Of a stretch of 64,000 nt of DNA, positions 15,112 through 28,200 are shown piece by piece. A program made the position numbers and the translations under genes. The notes under the pieces are model-generated. The model ran no database searches. It had not been told where the DNA came from and was given only the letters and a program-made list of their open reading frames with translations. Each line of letters starts with the position of its first letter. Position 1 is the first letter of the stretch. Origin of the DNA: Azolla caroliniana (lineage: Eukaryota; Plantae; Polypodiophyta); contig JBHGNT010000002.1 of the NCBI GenBank assembly GCA_043228905.1, positions 2,356,001 to 2,420,000 of the forward strand, given 5' to 3'.

Positions 15112-15529
15112 AAGCATACTTGAAAGTGGTCAATATATATAAGAAGGAAAGGAAATATATATGCTTGATAAGTATACATTAGGTTAGAGAGCACAACATT
15201 TCATATATCATTGTTTATTTCCCTTTTATCGGAAACCACAACATTTGCATCTATATTTTACTTGATAAAAAGCAAATGGCAAAGCTCATTTAGATTAAGA
15301 GAATTAGGGCCAATTTGATTATAAATGTTAATTTAAAGTTTAAACTTATACTTTATGGGTCAATGCACGCGAAAGAAAATACACAAACATCGTCATGCAA
15401 ATCATTATTCAACATTTCATCACATTGAAATGATACATCAACATGTCTTTGATATATTGATATTCTAGTAAACATCATAAATAAAAATTTGGCCATGAAT
15501 ATTATTTTCTTTTTTTGATTGGTTAAAAA

Positions 15530-15991
15530 TAACAATCGACAACGGTTCAGTTCGAACCGAACGGAACCGCGAAACCGCGGTTTAACGACTTAGGTTTAGG
15601 TTTTTCTTAATGCTTCGGTTCGGTTTCAATAGTAAAAAATCGCGGTTTAAACAGTTAAATGGTTTTTTTATTTTAAAAAATTTAAAAAAATTTAAAAAAA
15701 ATTCTAAAAAATTCTAAAAATTGTTTTTAAACAATCATTTCATTTTTAGACCTTATTCTCACATTTTAGGAACATCTTAAAATTTTAAAAATGAAATATT
15801 ATAAATTTTAAACAATTAAAAATTAGACCTATGTTGAAAACCGAAATCGAACCACGAAACCACGGTTTTTACAGTTTAATGGTTTAACGGTTTTGTGGTT
15901 CAGGTTTCAAAAAAATTAAACGGTTCAGTTCCAAACCGGTTTGGTTTGGACCCTCTCAAACCGAACCGAACCGAACTATTGCCGATTGTTA
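15530..15991. mobile_element. hAT-type MITE, copy 2 (same family as 7201-7774)
   Basis: TIR taacaatcgacaac...ttgccgattgtta; perfect 8-bp TSD gttaaaaa. Confidence 0.9.
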
Positions 15992-18900
15992 GTTAAAAAT
16001 ATGATTCTCTCCATAGAGAAGTTGATTGTAGTGGTGTGTAGAATATTTTATTTACCCATGTGGCCTTGGGTTCAAACCCACCCTATTTGTTATTTTGTTA
16101 CATGACCCAAGATATTTAGGGCTTAAACATATGAACTTGTCTTTTCCTAGCTCGAACCGTGATTCAATGTTGCACTTGTGCCCTTATTGCACATATATCA
16201 ATCAACATAGTGAAAGTGACTGAAGCATGATGCAGGTTCGGTTGAAAGAAAGAACCCACTAGCCCGCCATGAACAAGGGCAAAGCATTCCGTAGGTATAT
16301 AATCTAATGTGCACTTTTCGCATCCTACAAAATTTTGAACTTGTGAAGGTCAACACTTTTGATCACATCCCACTACCCACTATGTCATCATCCTTAGCCA
16401 ATGATGTCATTCTTCAATCTAGTGATTAGACCTCCCATACTTGAGGAGCATTCATGAAACTTGTAGATCAATGGCTACGATGTACAAGACATAGTAATCA
16501 ATGGAAGATCTAATGTAAACATCATCAATAAGCTGATTCCATATGTATTGAAGGCATGGCCTAACACCCTTTGTGAAAGTGTTCGTTTTGGCTTCGCATG
16601 GAGGAGACCTACTTGGTACCATTAATAAACAATGGTTTGGTTTGAGTTGAACTGAATTGTAAAATGGCTTAACTAATTTGGTTTGGTTTAGAAATTTGTA
16701 AACCACTTGGTTTGGGTTTTGAGTCTTTATTGGCTTAATAGTTTAACAATGTAGAGGTTAAGGGGGGGACATTGTTTATATTTTCTTAAATATATAAATT
16801 AACATTATAAATTATGTAATAATATTATGAAGTTTTAACTTTGAACCAAATAATTCCATCAATTTTGGTTTTCTGTCTTGAAATGCTGGAAATTAAGTGT
16901 ACAAATACCAATGATTTTGTTTAAGCCAAAATTGAAATGCACAATTGGAACTTAATGGGTTAAGAATTTGTAGATCTCTTGAACAATTTGATTTGAGCTT
17001 GGAAATTCCTCAAATGTTTTTTTCTAAATAATTTATAGTTCACTTTAAATTTCAAATTCTTAAACTAAACTAAATTGAACTGTTGTCATTTACTACTTGA
17101 TACACCACTTGGGATCATCGAAACCCTACTTGTCCATGCTAATGAGTACCCTTTCCACATTTCAATAGTCATCCTCCACCTTAATGAAGTTGGAGGGCAT
17201 TCTCTACTCTCCAACCAGCTATTGGTCCAAGTGGCCCACATAAAGCGCAAGTGGCAAAGGGATAAAAAAACATTTTAGAATGAGATGACAAAGGCCAAGC
17301 TTTTGACAATAATCAAGACAATCAAGGGTTTGGTTGACGAAGACCCCAAAGCATACTTGGAAAACAATTGAGAGATCATTCACTCTTCAAGATTAATGTA
17401 CTTCAAGGAGTGCAAAGTTATCACTACTAACTACCATGAGTAGATGCATCTCAATCATAGCACTAGATGATGCATAAGAGATAACATCCTTTGTCAAACT
17501 TGCCTGAGCACGCCAAACACTAGATCAAGTTTAACAATTATGCATGAGTTGTGCCATAGAAGGCTTTATAAAAATCCTAAGGATCAAAGTTTAAAAGGCG
17601 GGCTTGAAAGCAACCAAAGCCTCCAAAATCAAGATCACCTCATCAAACTCCAATACCTCAACAATGAGCACAAAGTGGCAACCATAATGAACACCTATGT
17701 GGAAATCTAGAAAAAGGCCAAATAATATCACTAAAGGGCTCACTTTGTGGAGAGTAAAGTCAATGAGTAGGGGGAACTTGTGAGCTCCTAAGTAGAAGTT
17801 GACGTGTACTTGATGAGGCAAGAGGCTTTTGAAAGATATGAGGTGGTTGACATGTAGGAAGTCTATATTAGGTGTATCGATAGGAGGGAGGCTTGGTGCC
17901 ACACAACAACATTGATGTCAATAAAGGTGGGCAACTGCTCCATGAGCAACAATGTTGCATGGAGGCTCGTAATGCTCCCTTCATGTAGTGCAACATAATG
18001 AGTTCCTTTGTATAGGTCGTCTCAAAGGTGAGTGGCTCAAAGGTAGGACATGGAATACTTGATTTAGAGATGTGGGTTCCAATATCGCCACTCGCTGAAT
18101 AAGCATAGAACCTCAATAATCCTTTACAAGAGACTTCATGAGCTTGATCAAGTTGGCTTTGACAAGTTATTTTCCCACATTTCATCCTTCATGAAGAATT
18201 CCATGAACATTTCCCATTGGCTAATTTCATGTGTAGATGTTCTTTGTAATTACTCGAAGGTTTTTCATTGACATTTCCCTTTGTAGACACTTTATTAGCA
18301 AATTCTATGAAGCATTTAAAGAAACATAATGTGTGAAATGGGTTTTCAAGGATAATATGATGTAGTTTAGATGAAACTCACAATTTTGGAAAATGAAAAA
18401 TTGGTTAACAAATGCAATTATCAACTCAAATAATGTAGGATCTACTTTCAATGTGATATTGCTAGAAATGATGTTGGATGCATATGGAATAAAATTAAGA
18501 AAGAAAGAATCAGTCGGATGTATGGTGAATCTATGATCGACGTCATCAACACCTTGGTTTTATTGAGTCTCCCCCACGTGCTTGTGATTTGCTACCTCGT
18601 GAATCCTTCATGATTCATTACCCTGTGAAGTTTCAGATGTCAACAAACTTGGCCATGATGTATCAACGTCCTTGTCAAATATGAATTGAATTTCCTCTTT
18701 TTAACATCCCCAATTACTTTTTCTTTTAGCATGCACCTATAATTCTTATTTTCGTATACGGGGTCGGTTTGACAAAAAGCACAAGTGGCACATTTGCCCT
18801 TACTACATGCTCTCCATCGTTGCTTTGCTATTGTATATTCACCCTTTTTCCTCTAGTCATTCTTGAATGGTGCTTGTCAGTAATCCCAATTTCTTACTCA

Positions 18901-19759
18901 TAGGTGATGCCAAAGGCTCAACAATTTTGCTTCTTTTTTGTTTGATCGTGGTTTAGCCGTTGTTAAGTGAACCAAGTGTTGGTTATCATGTGGGCTCTTG
19001 TAGATTATTCAAGTATGTAAGCAATCTTCTATAAATATAAATGGGCATGGTATAATTTCTAGCTAAACTAATTATGTATATTAAAAAAAAGACTAACTTC
19101 ACTCATAAAGAATGATGATCTCACAAAATAAATGAATATAGTTAGTTGATGATGTAGGAAGGATTGAAAGGGCCAAATAAGCATTAAATACATATGATTA
19201 GTTGGAAAGAGTCAGTAACGGAGACACAATCTCACCCCAACACTAACATCTATAATTGTGCGGGAATTTATCCAATTTTGAGGTAGAGGAAGTAGGAAAC
19301 CAAAGAAGATAACATATAACACCTGGTCATTTGAAACATGTAATATGTCTTTTACTTATATTTACATATAATACATCTTAAAGGAGAATGTGGAGATTGC
19401 AAGTAAGAGTTGCTATTATATCGAAGAGAAATATTCCAATGACACATACGCGTGACACCGTCAATGTTGAATGAAACAAGTATACAATAACATTCCAATA
19501 TGACATTAAAATGAAAGAGTATAAAATCATGGAATATTTTGTGCATAATATGAATATCATACCCCAAAGAACGATTGTCTTCAACTAATTTCATAGGTAT
19601 TTACATACAACACATCCTAAAGAAAATTGTGGAGGTTATACAATTAAGAGTTACTACTATGTCGACAGGAACTTTCGAATCACACATGATTCATGACACC
19701 GTCAATGTGTAAATAAACCGAAAAACAATAACTTTTCAACTTCTTGATCTTGATCGAGA

Positions 19760-22740
19760 CAATCCCAAATACCTTGGATCCTATTTTGATGAAGTTCACT
19801 TGCTCAGGGTCCTTCTCCAATGCAACACAGTTTTGGAACATCTTTAATGCACATGTTGTAGTCATACTTGGTAGTAGAATGGAATAAGCCTTGTTACACC
19901 AATTGAATACCAGTCTATACCTTAATCTAAATCAATGTGATAAGACTCATATTATATACTTGTCCCAAAGAACAAATCTAAAACCCAATCATATGTGTTT
20001 GGAAATAACTCAATCAAGCGGTTAATTAATCTTTGGGGTTTTTGATAGGGGTTCACGAGACTCTTATCATCAGATACATGGCGTAGTTTCTTAGTCACAG
20101 CCGGGCACAAAATATAGTTGAGAACATTTCTTTCATTCACATGTGCCCAAGCCTTCTTCTTCGTAATTGCATAGTAATACCCCACACAAAGATGTTCCAT
20201 TGCACTAACCATTCGATCTCCCGGGCTACATGTGATATTTGTTTTAATCCTATTTACAATATACAATAGTGTTAAGAATACATTTCGCACATATTAAAAT
20301 AACATTTACAAAATAAAAATAACTTGTAACTTACCAATGCATATGTTTAGTTGCGTGGCATCGCAACTTCAAAGCAGTTGTGACTGACAATGATTGACCC
20401 ATGCTATGAAATATTACAATTCTCCATAATGGTGGCAGGGTCAAATATGCGAAGTCCTTTACCATCTTCTCAATTTGTGCGTACTTATATGGCACATCAT
20501 CATACGTGGATACCGCGATCCCGAATCCATATGGTATGTCAGCTATAAGTAGTGTATAGTGCCTCTTAGGCAATATGTTAAATATATTACCTACTTGCCC
20601 ATTAAATACACTATAATGCAACTGCCGGAAAGGGTTGGCTCTATATAGAAAACTTTTTACAATCTCTAAATCCTCAAGGACCTCCAACTCCTTTGCTTTC
20701 GTCATTCTCTTCTCATATTTTGCACGTTCCAAGTGCGTAATAAACGAGCTTGGAATGCCTTCATTGCTGCCTCCTGCCTTTTTGGAACAAGGTGGTTCTG
20801 CAATGATAAATTTGATTAGGAAATACCACGACAAAGAAATCAATTAAAAGTCTGAAAATACATACCCATTCTCTAAATACAATAAAGAATTCCTCTAAAG
20901 CTTTATATGATGATGTCATAGGGCAAGCATGCTCTACATCCTCCCATGTTGGAAGCGACAATTTCTTCATCATCAATTCTTGGATCTTCATATATACTTT
21001 ATGGTTAAAAACCAAAGAAATTATTGGTCAAATCATCAAAACAAAACAACAAACGAATTAAAGAAGTACCAATCATTTATACTTTTGAAACTCGGTAACC
21101 ATCTCTTCTAAATTAAATTTCTTGGTAGCCACTCGCGAAAGTACAAATATAGGAAATTTGTCATCTTTGATGCCTTGCAGCGATTGTTAAGGAAGTAACT
21201 TCATATCTTCTGGTAACTCCTCGATTATCAAGTCACTTTTATGTGACTTTGACTTTATCTCCACTTGAGGATCTACCTTAGCCTTCTTTGCTTGTTGTCC
21301 TTTCACCTCTTTCCGCTCCCACATCCTGAATATTTTATCTTGCAAATCACATACCTCCTCTGTTCTAAAGGCTAGCTGAAACCACGAGTCATATTTTCAC
21401 AATCCTTTTGACTTTGTGCTTTCATCAATTGCTATACCCACCACCAATAGACATTGTCGACGTAGTCCAGGATGTAGTCTGGGACCATATCTTTGCAATG
21501 CATTGAGGTATTCGTGATGAAAAAAAACTTATTTGCTCGATACAAGACATCTTTTGTCTATAATCATTATCATTATTATGGTTCCAAGCTAACAACTTGG
21601 CCTCTTTATGAGTAAGACCTGAATAGACTTTACATTCGGCGTACTTGAAGAATGTATTGATCTTTTATGAGTTGACGTCAGGCTTCAGCCGAATGGATCC
21701 TCCAATAACATAGAGTGTACTAAGTATAGTCATCAACAAAACTATACATGAAATCCGCTATTGTTGGCATTGATCAAGATCAACCATTATGAGGAATGGT
21801 ACTACTAGTATGTGTGGATTAATCTTCATTTTGCTCTTAAGGTTTTGCACGTGCACAACATGCCAGGGCTCTCGAATTTCCAATGGTCGTCTTCTTGTCA
21901 CAGGATCTACTAGCGGGCTTTGAATAGAATAGATAGGCAAATGGAAAAGTTGGCCTTTACTTACCAGTTTCGTCTTTATAATGTTTTCTCTTAATATTTG
22001 ATTCTGCTCAGACTTCAATATGCCTGATGACATTAGATGCCTTCCAAGAGGAACAACTTCAACTTGTTCCTCCTCTTCCACAAACTCCAAGACATTGAGT
22101 TCATCGTCATTAGGCTTAGCTTGTTTATGGTACTTCTTATGTTCCGATTTGGACTTCCAAGATGGTTTTGGAGGTGTCTCAGCTTCCATGATCATAAGCT
22201 CCCCGACAACATAAGGGCGAAGCGCCACAATCAATTTTTTTTTGTTTGTAAGTCTTTACGTAAATTTTTGGGATGGCAACAATCATCCATTAAGTTGTCA
22301 TCATCGACTTGGACACGTTGATTCCCACCCAAGCTTTCCACATCCAAGACACTTACAATGTTGGAATCACTATCTTCATATTCAAGATTTCGAATCTTCC
22401 CATATGTGAAAGTCTTACCTAACTTGAGTTTGCCTTTGCCTTCGGTCTTAGCAAAAATGAGGAGCAATATGCTGTCTTCCTCGACATAAACTAAGCTCCA
22501 TTCTAAGTCCACGTAATTTTTCAATTTTTGTTCTGCTGGCCTTTCATCCACCTACCTGTTGGTATTACGCAACAATGACTTCGAGGTCCCATCACCACCA
22601 TATTCAAAGGGAGTCCTATGTGACTTGTCCATTAAAAAGCTATCTGAGCCCCTCTTTGGTGGAGAGCGCTGAGAGCCCTTCTGTGTTGGTGACCTGATCT
22701 TCAACTTGAATGTTGGGACTTTTTGCCGTGGCTCACTAAA
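19760..22740 (-). pseudogene. ParB-like + beta-class N6A/N4C DNA methyltransferase gene with introns, disrupted by stops and frameshifts
   Basis: ParB-like: RPLEIRE..HVQNLK..M..PFLIMVD, LYVIGGS(H)S with a frameshift (~21700), CKVYSGLTHKEAKLLAWNHN (~21575-21640). MTase motif IV LLIADIPYG (DIPY 20529-20540), then NPYQKPQRLINRLIELF..DWVLDLFFGT (motifs X-I) and, after a probable intron, TTTCALKMFQNCVALEKDPEQ. Splice donors gtatgt (~20865) and gtaag (~20334). Confidence 0.82.
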
Positions 22741-23602
22741 ATGGGAAAACAACTCATATAATAATAAAATAGCACAAAATATAGTAAATTGAGCCAAAAA
22801 CAGATGATTTTTTCCCTAAAGTAGATGTGTTTTCCCTTGCGTCACAAGCGCGGACAAGCACCGGGCCTCTATCCGCTAGTGGTTATGGATGATGGGCGGC
22901 TGAAGTGACGCACTAATGTGGTTAGAGTGAGAGAGAGAGAAACAGAAATTGAGGAAATTTTTAAGATAGATAGGTAGATAGATACACATCACCAATAAGA
23001 TAACAAAGTTTTCTTATTATTAATTTTCGATTTGATACATAGATTGATTCATAGATTGTTCGATTCATCCATTGATTGATCCTCCCCCCATTACACAAGC
23101 CTTACAAGGGTTTTTATAGGTTTATCTATCCTTCTAACATGCACAAAACCCTGGGCTTGAACCCATGGTTTTCGGGCACACGGTTTTCCTTGTGGCATGC
23201 ACAAAACCATAGGCTAAAACCATGGTTTTGTGTACACGGTTTTGTATGTTTGTTTCCTATGGAATACTAAAAATGAGAAGGAAATATACAAAATCTAAAG
23301 CACTTAGTAGTAGCTTTAGTGGTAAGATAATTGCTTCCTATCTTAGAAGTGCAAGGTTGAAATCTTGCTTGCACCCTACCCTTCTATATGCACTTGAATG
23401 TCATCAGACCGTAGGCTAATTTTCATATTTATAATCATGTGTATAATGTGTGTGGAGCCACACTATTTCACAATTTCTCCCATTGGACATAGAACATCAC
23501 GACATCCACCCCCACCAAACCGCACATCCTTCGGCATGTGCCAAGAAGAAAAGAGTGATGTGGCAGAGTCAAAAGGTGGTTTGTCTTTGATTTCCTCCTT
23601 CC

Positions 23603-25075
23603 TTACTCGTTGTCCTTTGTCCTCCATTTTGAGTACATGCATTCCTTCCACCCGATCAACCATATCATTCGATCGCCTTTTGCATTTCCATGACCACTTG
23701 TCGCAGCCCCTTTTGCTCCTCTTGAGCGTAACTCTTCATGCATCGTACATGTGCCGCCTTCATCTCGACCATCTCCTTGGTCATCAAACTTCCTCGGATT
23801 GTCTTTTCTCATCTTATGCTTGCTTTTCCTCATGCTCACAACATCAACATCATCATGATACTCATCCCAAATAACATTTTCTAGATTTTCCATACTTATA
23901 CCCTTGTAATCATTATGTAACCCCACGTCATCATGGACATATTTTTGTAGAATGTCCAAATCATCACAAATCCCTATTCTATTTTCATAATGGATGTCTT
24001 CATGAATGTCACCATTTGATCTAGTGAAAAATCTATCCCGAAGAAAACCAAGGCAACCTAAAACACACAATTCCTCTTCGTCACTCTCACCCTCATCATT
24101 ACCCTTATCATAACCATATCCATAAAAAGTGCATAACTTTTTACCATCATAACCCTCATTCTTCTTATGGCACTCACTCTTACCATCAATAATACACTCT
24201 CCCTTACTATCATCAAGCCCTAAATCATCATCATCATTACGTTTAAATGTAAAGTTTTTATCCCTTCCTAACTTCTTCTCTTGTTCGTGGTTCTCATTAA
24301 ACCTATCATACTTGTCATAAGATTTTAAACCATGAAAGTCTTGATCCCAACTACTCTCACCATCACGACTTTCGTTGAGTGCTTTTTCATTAGCACAACC
24401 ATGAAGAGCTCGACATTGATTCCTCCTCTTGTGTTCACAGTAATCTTTGTCACGATCATAACCTTGTAGATCTCGAGCACTCTTTGTGAGTTTGTAATGA
24501 TCTTTGTCTTTGTCATGATTGTGTAGATCTTGATCGGTCTCCTCAAGCCCACGTTCTTTGTCAGATGTCTCTTCACCATAGCATCCTTGAGTATCTTCAT
24601 CTTTCCTTATGATCCCACTTTCTTCGCTGAAAGTCTCTTCATGACCACATCCTTGAGTATCTTGGTCATTCCCCTCGAATTGATGTTCTTGATTGCTTGT
24701 CTCTTTATGATTGCATCCTTCTCGATCTTCCCTGTTGAGCCCATGTTCTTCATCACATGTCTCTTCACGATTGCAACTACGCCGATCTTGATCATCTTCA
24801 TCGTCGTCACCATCGAGCAAACCATGAAAAGGTTGAGGCCCGAAATTTGATGTCAGAACCGCTTCGTAAAAATCCGGAACTTCTTGATATAGTCTTTCAA
24901 CTTGATTTTCCAACATGAGATACTCCAACGCTCTACCCTTTTCATCATGCAACATCATTTCGATGGCTTTCCTTACCAATGGAAGCATCTCGAGCCTCGG
25001 ACCACCTTGTATTCTTATCGACTCCTCTAAGTCGTACGCTGCCAAGATCGCATCCTCTATTTGTAATGCCCCCAT
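23603..25075 (-). CDS. 490-aa acidic, repeat-containing protein of unknown function encoded by LTR element A
   Basis: Uninterrupted ORF starting ~16 nt after the PBS; helical N-terminus, then ~20-22-aa repeats (D.DTQGC..EET.EE.G); no gag zinc knuckle, PR, RT or IN motif. Confidence 0.6.
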   Translation of the reverse strand: MGALQIEDAILAAYDLEESIRIQGGPRLEMLPLVRKAIEMMLHDEKGRALEYLMLENQVERLYQEVPDFYEAVLTSNFGPQPFHGLLDGDDDEDDQDRRSCNREETCDEEHGLNREDREGCNHKETSNQEHQFEGNDQDTQGCGHEETFSEESGIIRKDEDTQGCYGEETSDKERGLEETDQDLHNHDKDKDHYKLTKSARDLQGYDRDKDYCEHKRRNQCRALHGCANEKALNESRDGESSWDQDFHGLKSYDKYDRFNENHEQEKKLGRDKNFTFKRNDDDDLGLDDSKGECIIDGKSECHKKNEGYDGKKLCTFYGYGYDKGNDEGESDEEELCVLGCLGFLRDRFFTRSNGDIHEDIHYENRIGICDDLDILQKYVHDDVGLHNDYKGISMENLENVIWDEYHDDVDVVSMRKSKHKMRKDNPRKFDDQGDGRDEGGTCTMHEELRSRGAKGAATSGHGNAKGDRMIWLIGWKECMYSKWRTKDNE

Positions 25076-25216
25076 AACCTCCTTGTGTTGTTCACGTCGG
25101 GTTCACCAATAGATATCGTGTGGCGCGTGACACACGTGCCAAACGTCGGAATGTGCGCATCACAAGTGTGAACAAGCACCGGGCCTCTATCCGCTAGTGG
25201 TTATGGATGATGGGCG

Positions 25217-28200
25217 ATGATTGGTGATGGAGATGGTGTGTTTAATGAGGATGATGGGCGTTATGGGATCGATGGTGAGAGAGACGACAAGCATTGAGAA
25301 ACATTGTGGGGTGGGGGGTGGTGCCTAGAATGGCTCCACCCCCCTCCCAAGGGGGTTCAACGTTAAGGGGAGGGAAGAGAGAGAGGGAGAGAGAGATGAA
25401 AAGAGAGAGATTGAGAGAGAAATGGTTATTCATGTTTCATTCATTCCCCATAAGGGGTTAAATAGTACAAGAGGGGGTAGATACATAGGGGTGTAAGCCC
25501 CCTCGAGCATTCATACTGGACACTCACTCACACCTCCTCGTATCCATCCACATGCACACACGTGTGCCTGTGTTCACATACGTATAGACTCACAATTACA
25601 TTTATGCCCCATACACCACAACATCATGATAACATTCGACCCTCACTCATCACACTTGACTCTCCTTACATCTCGTATGGGGTAACACAATATGGCATGC
25701 CCGTGGGAGAGTGCCTTGCACGTCGATCCCACATGCCTTGATGATGATATTTCTTCGACCGGGACTTCCATCGGTCCTTTCAACGATCGACTCCCTCGAT
25801 CGAAGTGCTTGACTCGAACATCTTTATCGGTCAACAAATCTTTCCGGGACACAAACATTCTCATTCTGTCGGCTTACGAACTTCGTCATGGGTCCAAAAT
25901 CATGTCGTGTATATATATGTTCTTCCTTTGTTTTGAGTGTGTGTGAGTAGTCTTGGGGATTTTCAAAATTTTGGTGGTGCCCTCTTGTTTTTTAAAATTT
26001 TGATATGTACCCTTATGTTGATGAAATTTTCTCGTTACGTCCTCATAATTTAAAAAAAAAATTCTGTTCAATACCCCTACGTAATTGAAATTCTCACATA
26101 TGCCCTCAGCATATACCCCTTATCATCTCTTTTTTCCCTCTTCTTCTTCTTTCTACATTTCTTCATTCCTTTTTGCTGTTTTGCCTCTCCCGCTCTTTTC
26201 TTTGTCTGTCCATCTTTTTCCTGTCTTTCTCTTCTTTCTCTTCCTTCTATGTTCATCAGCGGCTACATCTCCTTCCGCTTCTTCTTCTTCTTCTTCTTCT
26301 TCTCTTCTCTCTTCTTCTTGTTTTTCTCTTTCACGATCCCTTCTTGTTCGATTTCTTCTGCAAATATTCCCTTCTTCTCTCTTTCTTCCTCTGTTTTGGT
26401 TACAGGTATCATTGGCTGTCTATCTATCTCTGTCGCGTCTTCCATCTTTCTCTATTGTTTGTTGTAACCATCGCCATTGCCGCCCATCTCTATCCAGCCC
26501 TTCTAGCTCTCTCACCTTCTGATGTTCTATATGTTTTCGTTTTCGTTTTCGTCTTCGGCTCCGGTGCCGTCTCTGTCTGTCGTTGTCCATCGCTTCGCTG
26601 TCCATCTACGTCGGCGTCTCTCTCTTCGTTTGCCCCTGTCCAATTGGTCTTTTTCCGCTATTCGACCCTCGGTTTGGCTGTCGCTTTCCGACGTTTTCCA
26701 TCTATGTCTTGGTGGTTGTCCGGCCACCACTCCGTTGCAGACTCCATCACCATCTTTGTCGGTTTTTGTCCGCGTCTGAGTCTCTGTCTCCGTTGCCGTC
26801 TCCGACCGCTCTCCGATCGGCACTTTTCCGGCCTCTCGTCAGTCTCTATCGGTGTCGCCGTTCTGGGCATCGATCTGTCTTAGTCCAATTCGTTCCGGTC
26901 AGTTTTCCGGCAGTCGGTTCGGCTGTTGTCCAGCTGCTCCCATCTTTGGCCATTTCAGTCGACTTCCGCTCCATCACCGTTGCTTTTATCAAGCTTTCCA
27001 CTGTTTGGCCTCTATCTGGCCACTCCATCTTCGGCCAGTGTCTCTCCGGTCTTCTTTCGGCATCATCATTGTTCCTGCCATCAGTTGTCGAGCCGCCACC
27101 ATAGCTCTAGCCCCTATCCGGCCGTTCTTGATGTTGTCCGACCACTCCGACCACTTCTTGGCCGTTGGTATGTGGCCACCACCGTCTTTTCGATCTATCG
27201 TGTTTTTCCAGCCGTCTTTGTCTGCTTTTTGGCCGGTCTCCGGCTGCCGACTGTTCTTGGCTACTATCTGTCGGTCGGTCCGGTTGTCCGTCTCTGACTA
27301 TATCTTTCCGGTCCTTCGTTCATTCTTCCGTCATTCTTCCATCCATTCGTTCGATCGTTTCCGACCATCAAGTCGTTGTTCAACGGCCTTTGTCTCTTTG
27401 CATATCTGTCATTGTTGACCTTGTCTGACTGTCTTCGTTTCTGGCTACGTCGTGTCAGTGTCTATGTCTCCGTCTGGGTTTGCCAGTCGCCTCTGTCGTT
27501 GTCTGTTGACCGCCCATTTCGTCTGACCGTTTGTCTGATCTGGTCCGGTCCTTCGTCTTTCTAGCTGTGTCTGTCTGGCTGGCCGTGCCCTTCCGAGACT
27601 TTGTCTCTGGTTCCGCCATTCTGCATTGCCCATGGTCTTTGTGTGGCATCTCTGTCGCAGTCGACATCCATGTCTCTGTTTGTCTGGTGGTCTTCTTCTC
27701 TGTTAGGTGTCTCCGACCGTGTCTTTCCGGTGTTGTTGGTTTCTATGGTCTTCGATGTCTGGTTTGCATTTGCATCTCTTCTCTGTCTTCTATGGTCCTT
27801 CGGTGTTAACCAACTCTGGTTCTTGTTCCGATTCCGGTTCCGACTCTCTCCGCGTCCGTGCATTCTCAGCACCTCCTGTCGGTCTCCGCTCCACACACTG
27901 CGACTTTCTCCGCAGTCTCCTAGTGGGCTTCTCTTTCCGGTCGTGCTGGCACCGGTTCCCTCTGTGTTGATGTTTGTCCAGTTGTGCATCTTGCACCACG
28001 CTTTTGAGAACACACTCATTGTCGCTAACCGCTTTCGGAAACACGCACATGGACACTAATCGCAACCTCGCACAAACATTGTTGTCATTCATGCATTCCT
28101 CCATAGACTTCCTCCAACATCTTCATCGTCATTTTCGCGTTTCGCCATTTCTTGCACTTAGTCGCTATGGCTTGCACATCTACGTATCATTCTTCGACTC

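Noticed and set aside
16055-16085. tRNA gene
   Set aside because: Only a B-box-like gggttcaaaccc; no cloverleaf can be formed.
19760-20843. Bacterial contamination or a restriction-modification system
   Set aside because: The gene has spliceosomal introns, lies inside TIRs among plant TEs and has no endonuclease partner.
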